This document shows positions 59,957-64,000 of a stretch of 64,000 nucleotides of DNA, one piece after another. The translations under genes were made by a program, and so were the position numbers. The notes beneath the pieces were generated by a model that ran no database searches, was not told the DNA's origin, and saw nothing but the letters and a program-made list of their open reading frames with translations. The stretch's first letter is position 1. Each line of letters begins with the position of its first letter. This DNA comes from Endomicrobiales bacterium (GTDB lineage Bacteria > Elusimicrobiota > Endomicrobiia > Endomicrobiales > CAWCFT01): assembly GCA_963794945.1 (NCBI GenBank), contig CAWCFT010000015.1, positions 64,001 through 128,000 of the forward strand. Direction: 5' to 3'.

Positions 59957-62722
59957 TTATTTGCCTTGCAGTTCTTCCAGCCTCTTGTCGGCTTCTGCGG
60001 CCCAGAGAGTGGTCGCGAAAAATTCTTTTGTGCGCTTGTAGGCGTTCTTGGCCTCGGCAAGCTGTTTGTACGCCTCGCAGGATTTACCGGCGAGGAACTG
60101 CGCCTCGGCCGCGAACTGCGGATAATTGCGGAAAAGATAAGCGGTCTTCAAGTACTCTACGGTAGCTTCCTTGAACGAACCCTGCTTATAGTAGCAGTCG
60201 CCTAACTTCTTCTGCGCCTCGGCGGATATCTCGCCCTGGTAAGCGTCGGCCGTTTGACGGTAGCCGTCCATTGCCGCCGGGAGGTTGTTCGCCGCGGCAG
60301 CTTCATTGGCTTTGGCCAGCAGCATACCAGCTGCCTCGCGGCTCTTCGGGAACTTGGCCACCAGCGCCTCGTTAGCCTTCTGCGCGAGAGTTTTCTCCTG
60401 CAAACTTTCCCAAACTTTAGCTATCTCTGCCTGCGCCCTCGGCGCGAACGGCGTCGTTCCGAAATTCTCCACGACTTTCTGGAAGTTCTCAATGGCTTCC
60501 CTCGGTTTGCCTAGGGCCGCGCTGCACTCGGCCAGCCTGTACTGGGCGTTGGCCCCCTGGTCGGTCGACGGGTTATTCTTAACTATCTCCGAAAACTGGT
60601 CCACGGCCGCCAAAAAGTTGCCAAGGGCGTACTGTATCTCGGCAAGCTTCATTTCGGATTTGGCGGCGAACTCTGAGTTTGGGTAGTTGTTCTTAAGGTT
60701 GGTATAGACTTTCTGCGCAAGCGTGTAGTTCTTTTCGCTCAGGAAATATTCAGCCACCTGGTAGCTTATCTCGGCAGTGAGGTTAGAAAGCGGGTAGTTC
60801 TCGACAAGTTTGCCCCAGACCTTGAGCGACTCATCTTTCTTGCCTTCCCTCGAGTAACACTCGCCGAGCGCGTAGAGCGCGTAGGGTGCGACAGAGCTCT
60901 TTGAGTACATGTCCACGACTTCACGGTATGTAGCCTCGGCCTTGTCTATTTCCTTTTTGGCCCAGTAAACATCGGCGAGCCTCAGGTGTGATTCCGGCGC
61001 AAGCGCCGAGTTTGGGTATTCCTTGATCACAACGTTGAACTCATCCATCGCTTCATCGTAAAGTTTTTGCTTAAAATATGACCAGCCGAGGTAGTAGACC
61101 ACCTCGTCGCGATTAGAGGCGCGTTTGTCTTTGAGCGGCAGGAACTTCGCACCCGCCTGCTCGAAGTTGCCCTGCTTATAATACGCGAAGGCTATGCGGA
61201 ACTGTATGTCGTCGGCAAGCGGCCCGGACTTATACTCGTCAAGGAGCCCGTTGAATATGTCTATAGCCTGTGCGTAATCGCCCTGCAGCAGCAGTGTGTT
61301 GCCTATCTCTACTCTCGCCTCAGGCACTAGCCTGCTTGCCGGGCACTTGATAACGAGCTTCTGGTACACCTCTCTCGCCATGCCGTAGTTGCCGCGCCCA
61401 GCGAAACACCTGCCGATGCCGTACAGCGCGTGGTCGAATAGCACCGAAGAGGAGTACCTGTCGAGGAAAGACTGGTAGTATTTCCTCGCGGTATCGAACT
61501 CGCCGGTCTGGAAATAGCACTCGGCCTGCATGTACTCGGCCTTCTCGCAGTACTCAGACTGAGCGTACTCCCTTATCACACGCTGGAAAGATTTGAGCGC
61601 GCCGTCCGTGTCCTTCTGCTTGAGCTTGCTCCACGCGAGCCAGTACGCGGCGCCGTCTGAATATATGCCCTTCTGGTACTTCTTTAAAAAGCGTTCCATG
61701 GCGCCCTGCGCGGCGGCGAACTCGCCGTCGCTGTATAGGCTCAAGGCAGAAAGGTAAACCGAAGTCCTCGAGAGGTCGGCGTCCGTGCGCCTGTATTTCT
61801 CGGCGAAAGAATCGAACACCTGTTTGGCCTTAGCGAAATCTTCCCTTTCAAAACTGCACCAGGCGAGCCCAAAGTAAGAGTTGCGCGCGACGTCGAGGTC
61901 GGGATATTTATCTGAAACTTCCTTGTAGTATTTAGCGGCCAGCTTGTAGTTCTCTTCCACGTAGCTAAGCTCGCCGAGGGCGTAGAGAGTGGTGGCCCTC
62001 AAGTCCCGTGGTATATCGAGTTTCAGTATATTCTCGAACTCCTCGCGAGCGGCTATCATCTTGCCGCGGCACCTGAGCGTCTCGCCCAGGCGATACCTTG
62101 CTATGGGAGTGTAGGCTGAGTCGGGGTTCTGCGAAAGGAATTTCCTGAACTCTTTTTCGGCCTCGGCGTAACTGCCTCGCTGGAACCAGGCCTCGGCAAC
62201 GTAATACTGCGCGCCTTCCCGCAGGTCCTTGCGGTCATTGAACCTCTTTAGCAGCATGCCGAAAGTGGACAACGACTGCGTGTACCTCTCAACGTAGAAC
62301 ATGCTGGATGCCTGGCCGTAGGCGGCGTCCGCAAAAAAAATGCTTTTAGGGTATTTTGCTATGAACTCGGTGTAGGCAGGAAGGGACTCGTCGTACTTGC
62401 ATTCGCGGAAGAGCGACCTAGCGAGGTAAAACTCGCCCTGGTCGCGGTAATCGCTGCGAGGGTAGGTCTCAAGGAATTTCCTGTAGTATTTCTCAGCCTT
62501 CGCGTAGTCTTCCAGCCCGAAATAGCAATCGGCTCGCCGGAGGAAGGCCTTCTCGCCTTCAATGGTACCGAAAGCCGAAAGAGCGACAGCCGAGTACTCG
62601 GAAAGGGCCGCGGAATAGTTTTTCGCTACGAACAATTTTTCCGCAGTCAAAAGGTCCGCTCGAGCAACTGTTGATAGTAATATGAATAAGCCTGTTAAAA
62701 GCAGGTTTTTGATAATTTCCAT
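59957..62722 (-). CDS. Large exported TPR protein (BamD/CpoB-like repeats)
   Basis: Signal peptide and more than 20 TPR units with YP.S motifs. Confidence 0.9.
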   Translation of the reverse strand: MEIIKNLLLTGLFILLSTVARADLLTAEKLFVAKNYSAALSEYSAVALSAFGTIEGEKAFLRRADCYFGLEDYAKAEKYYRKFLETYPRSDYRDQGEFYLARSLFRECKYDESLPAYTEFIAKYPKSIFFADAAYGQASSMFYVERYTQSLSTFGMLLKRFNDRKDLREGAQYYVAEAWFQRGSYAEAEKEFRKFLSQNPDSAYTPIARYRLGETLRCRGKMIAAREEFENILKLDIPRDLRATTLYALGELSYVEENYKLAAKYYKEVSDKYPDLDVARNSYFGLAWCSFEREDFAKAKQVFDSFAEKYRRTDADLSRTSVYLSALSLYSDGEFAAAQGAMERFLKKYQKGIYSDGAAYWLAWSKLKQKDTDGALKSFQRVIREYAQSEYCEKAEYMQAECYFQTGEFDTARKYYQSFLDRYSSSVLFDHALYGIGRCFAGRGNYGMAREVYQKLVIKCPASRLVPEARVEIGNTLLLQGDYAQAIDIFNGLLDEYKSGPLADDIQFRIAFAYYKQGNFEQAGAKFLPLKDKRASNRDEVVYYLGWSYFKQKLYDEAMDEFNVVIKEYPNSALAPESHLRLADVYWAKKEIDKAEATYREVVDMYSKSSVAPYALYALGECYSREGKKDESLKVWGKLVENYPLSNLTAEISYQVAEYFLSEKNYTLAQKVYTNLKNNYPNSEFAAKSEMKLAEIQYALGNFLAAVDQFSEIVKNNPSTDQGANAQYRLAECSAALGKPREAIENFQKVVENFGTTPFAPRAQAEIAKVWESLQEKTLAQKANEALVAKFPKSREAAGMLLAKANEAAAANNLPAAMDGYRQTADAYQGEISAEAQKKLGDCYYKQGSFKEATVEYLKTAYLFRNYPQFAAEAQFLAGKSCEAYKQLAEAKNAYKRTKEFFATTLWAAEADKRLEELQGK

Positions 62723-62764
62723 AGGTTAATATTATACAAAATTATATAAACGAGTATATAAATC

Positions 62765-62865
62765 GTTCAAAGGATCAAAAGTTCAAAGTTAAAAGGTTTA
62801 AACCAATAGTCATATTTTTCTGTTTGTTTATCTTTGAATTTTGAACCTTGAACTTTGAACCTTTG
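62765..62865. repeat. Inverted heptamer tandem array (GTTCAAA units)
   Basis: GTTCAAA GGATCAAA AGTTCAA AGTTAAA ... TTTGAAT TTTGAAC CTTGAAC TTTGAAC. Confidence 0.8.
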
Positions 62866-64000
62866 TCATGGCGACCAGGCCGGGGTGTAAGACGACCCCT
62901 TGGCGTCCAGTACTTTCCGCAGGCCGGAACCGTCAACAGCAATTGTATACAACTCATTCTTGCCCGTACGGTCGGAAGTGAAAACAATGAACCTGCCGTC
63001 AGGCGCCCAGGAGGGGTTCTCGTTGTTCCTTTCGTCCTGAGTTAAGCGCGAGACCGTCGCGGTGGGCAGGTCGTAAACGTAAAGATCGTAGTGTTCCCTT
63101 CCAAGCCTCATCGTGAAAACTATTTTGTCCCCTCTCGGCGACCACGCGGGCGAATCGCAGAAACCGGAAGTGTTTATCCTTCTTATGTTGAAACCCTCAG
63201 TATCCATTATATACAACTGCGGATAGCCGGCCCTGTCGGATATCAAAACTATCTCCCTGCCGTTAGGCGCGAAGCAGGGGCTTGTTTCTATTGTATTATC
63301 AGTGGAAAGCCTCTTTATTATCCTGCCGGAACGGTCTATAAGGTAGAGGTTCGGCTGGCTGCCGCGCGATATCGTGAGCGCTATGACCAACCCGTCGGGA
63401 GAATATGACCCGGCGATATTTAGCCCCTGGATATCTGAAACTTTTCGCAAGCCGGAGCCGTCCGGAGAAATGGCATAGAGGTCGGGATTGCCGTAGCGGT
63501 AGGTAGTGAATACTATTTCGTCGCCCTTGGGCGACCATTTTGGCAGAAGGTTTATAGAGTTGTAGGACGTAAGTTTTTTTAGATTGTACCCGTCGTAATC
63601 TACAATGTAGAGTTCTTTGGACTTTGAGGCGTTATTGACAAAAACGATCTTAGTGTGCGCTATGCCGCTCTCACCGGTGTAGTGTTTGACTATCTCATCG
63701 TTTATCTCGTGCGCGAACCTTCTATACTCACTTTTTGGCCCCGTGTAAACATGCTCCCATATCATCTGCCGGCTGCCGAGGTCAAAAAGCTGAGCCGTGA
63801 TCGAGGCCTGGTCGCCTGTAATACTTATCTTGCCGCAAACAAGCACATCGCACCCGCGGTTGGTCCATTCCTGTATCTCCTCGGGCTTTCCCGTAAATAG
63901 CGGCCCGCCTTCGGCTATGTTGAAATACCTTGAATACAGCATGTCCGCGAGCAGCACTTCTCCCAGCTGCCTGCCCACTTTTGCCTCTTCAAGCGTGCCG
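62866..64000 (-). CDS. tolB: TolB beta-propeller protein, 3' part (start outside the window)
   Basis: TolB_N-like segment (AHEINDEI..TGESGIAHTKIVFV) and PD40 repeats PKWSPKG, YSPDG, PAWSPRG, PSWAPDG. Confidence 0.88.
   Translation of the reverse strand, partial: GTLEEAKVGRQLGEVLLADMLYSRYFNIAEGGPLFTGKPEEIQEWTNRGCDVLVCGKISITGDQASITAQLFDLGSRQMIWEHVYTGPKSEYRRFAHEINDEIVKHYTGESGIAHTKIVFVNNASKSKELYIVDYDGYNLKKLTSYNSINLLPKWSPKGDEIVFTTYRYGNPDLYAISPDGSGLRKVSDIQGLNIAGSYSPDGLVIALTISRGSQPNLYLIDRSGRIIKRLSTDNTIETSPCFAPNGREIVLISDRAGYPQLYIMDTEGFNIRRINTSGFCDSPAWSPRGDKIVFTMRLGREHYDLYVYDLPTATVSRLTQDERNNENPSWAPDGRFIVFTSDRTGKNELYTIAVDGSGLRKVLDAKGSSYTPAWSP

Noticed and set aside
97..63900. Numerous plus-strand ORFs antisense to real genes (e.g. 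6332..6994, 27098..27766, 48821..49477)
   Set aside because: Shadow frames of well-supported minus-strand genes with no independent motifs.

Overview
A 64-kb stretch of a diderm bacterial chromosome, nearly all coded on the minus strand. The gene mix suggests an Elusimicrobiota-like genome (inference, low confidence). It carries housekeeping genes (pfp, glpK, gpsA, rdgB, rph, valS, maf, cutA, argF, tRNA-Pro), redox/Fe-S genes behind an Rrf2 regulator, a glycosyltransferase cluster ending in a KimA-like APC permease, c-di-GMP and two-component genes, an M23-bactofilin pair, and a tolB-TPR-beta-barrel-ExbB/ExbD-HEAT envelope cluster. About 16 genes, including essential valS, carry single frameshifts, most likely long-read sequencing errors. 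The most striking signals are non-coding or mobile: (1) an HUH/Y1 RAYT-like transposase bounded by 32-bp terminal inverted repeats that truncates a nucleoside-deoxyribosyltransferase/TIR-like gene; (2) a 150-bp palindromic MITE-like element inserted in frame in a membrane glycosyltransferase, with relatives elsewhere in the window; (3) nine inverted 7/8-mer tandem arrays, each at a stop codon; (4) a nearly leaderless 29-aa leader peptide attenuator ahead of a methyltransferase; (5) a signal-peptide-bearing tandem SpoVG protein heading a pair of diguanylate cyclases. No CRISPR array, rRNA gene or prophage was found.
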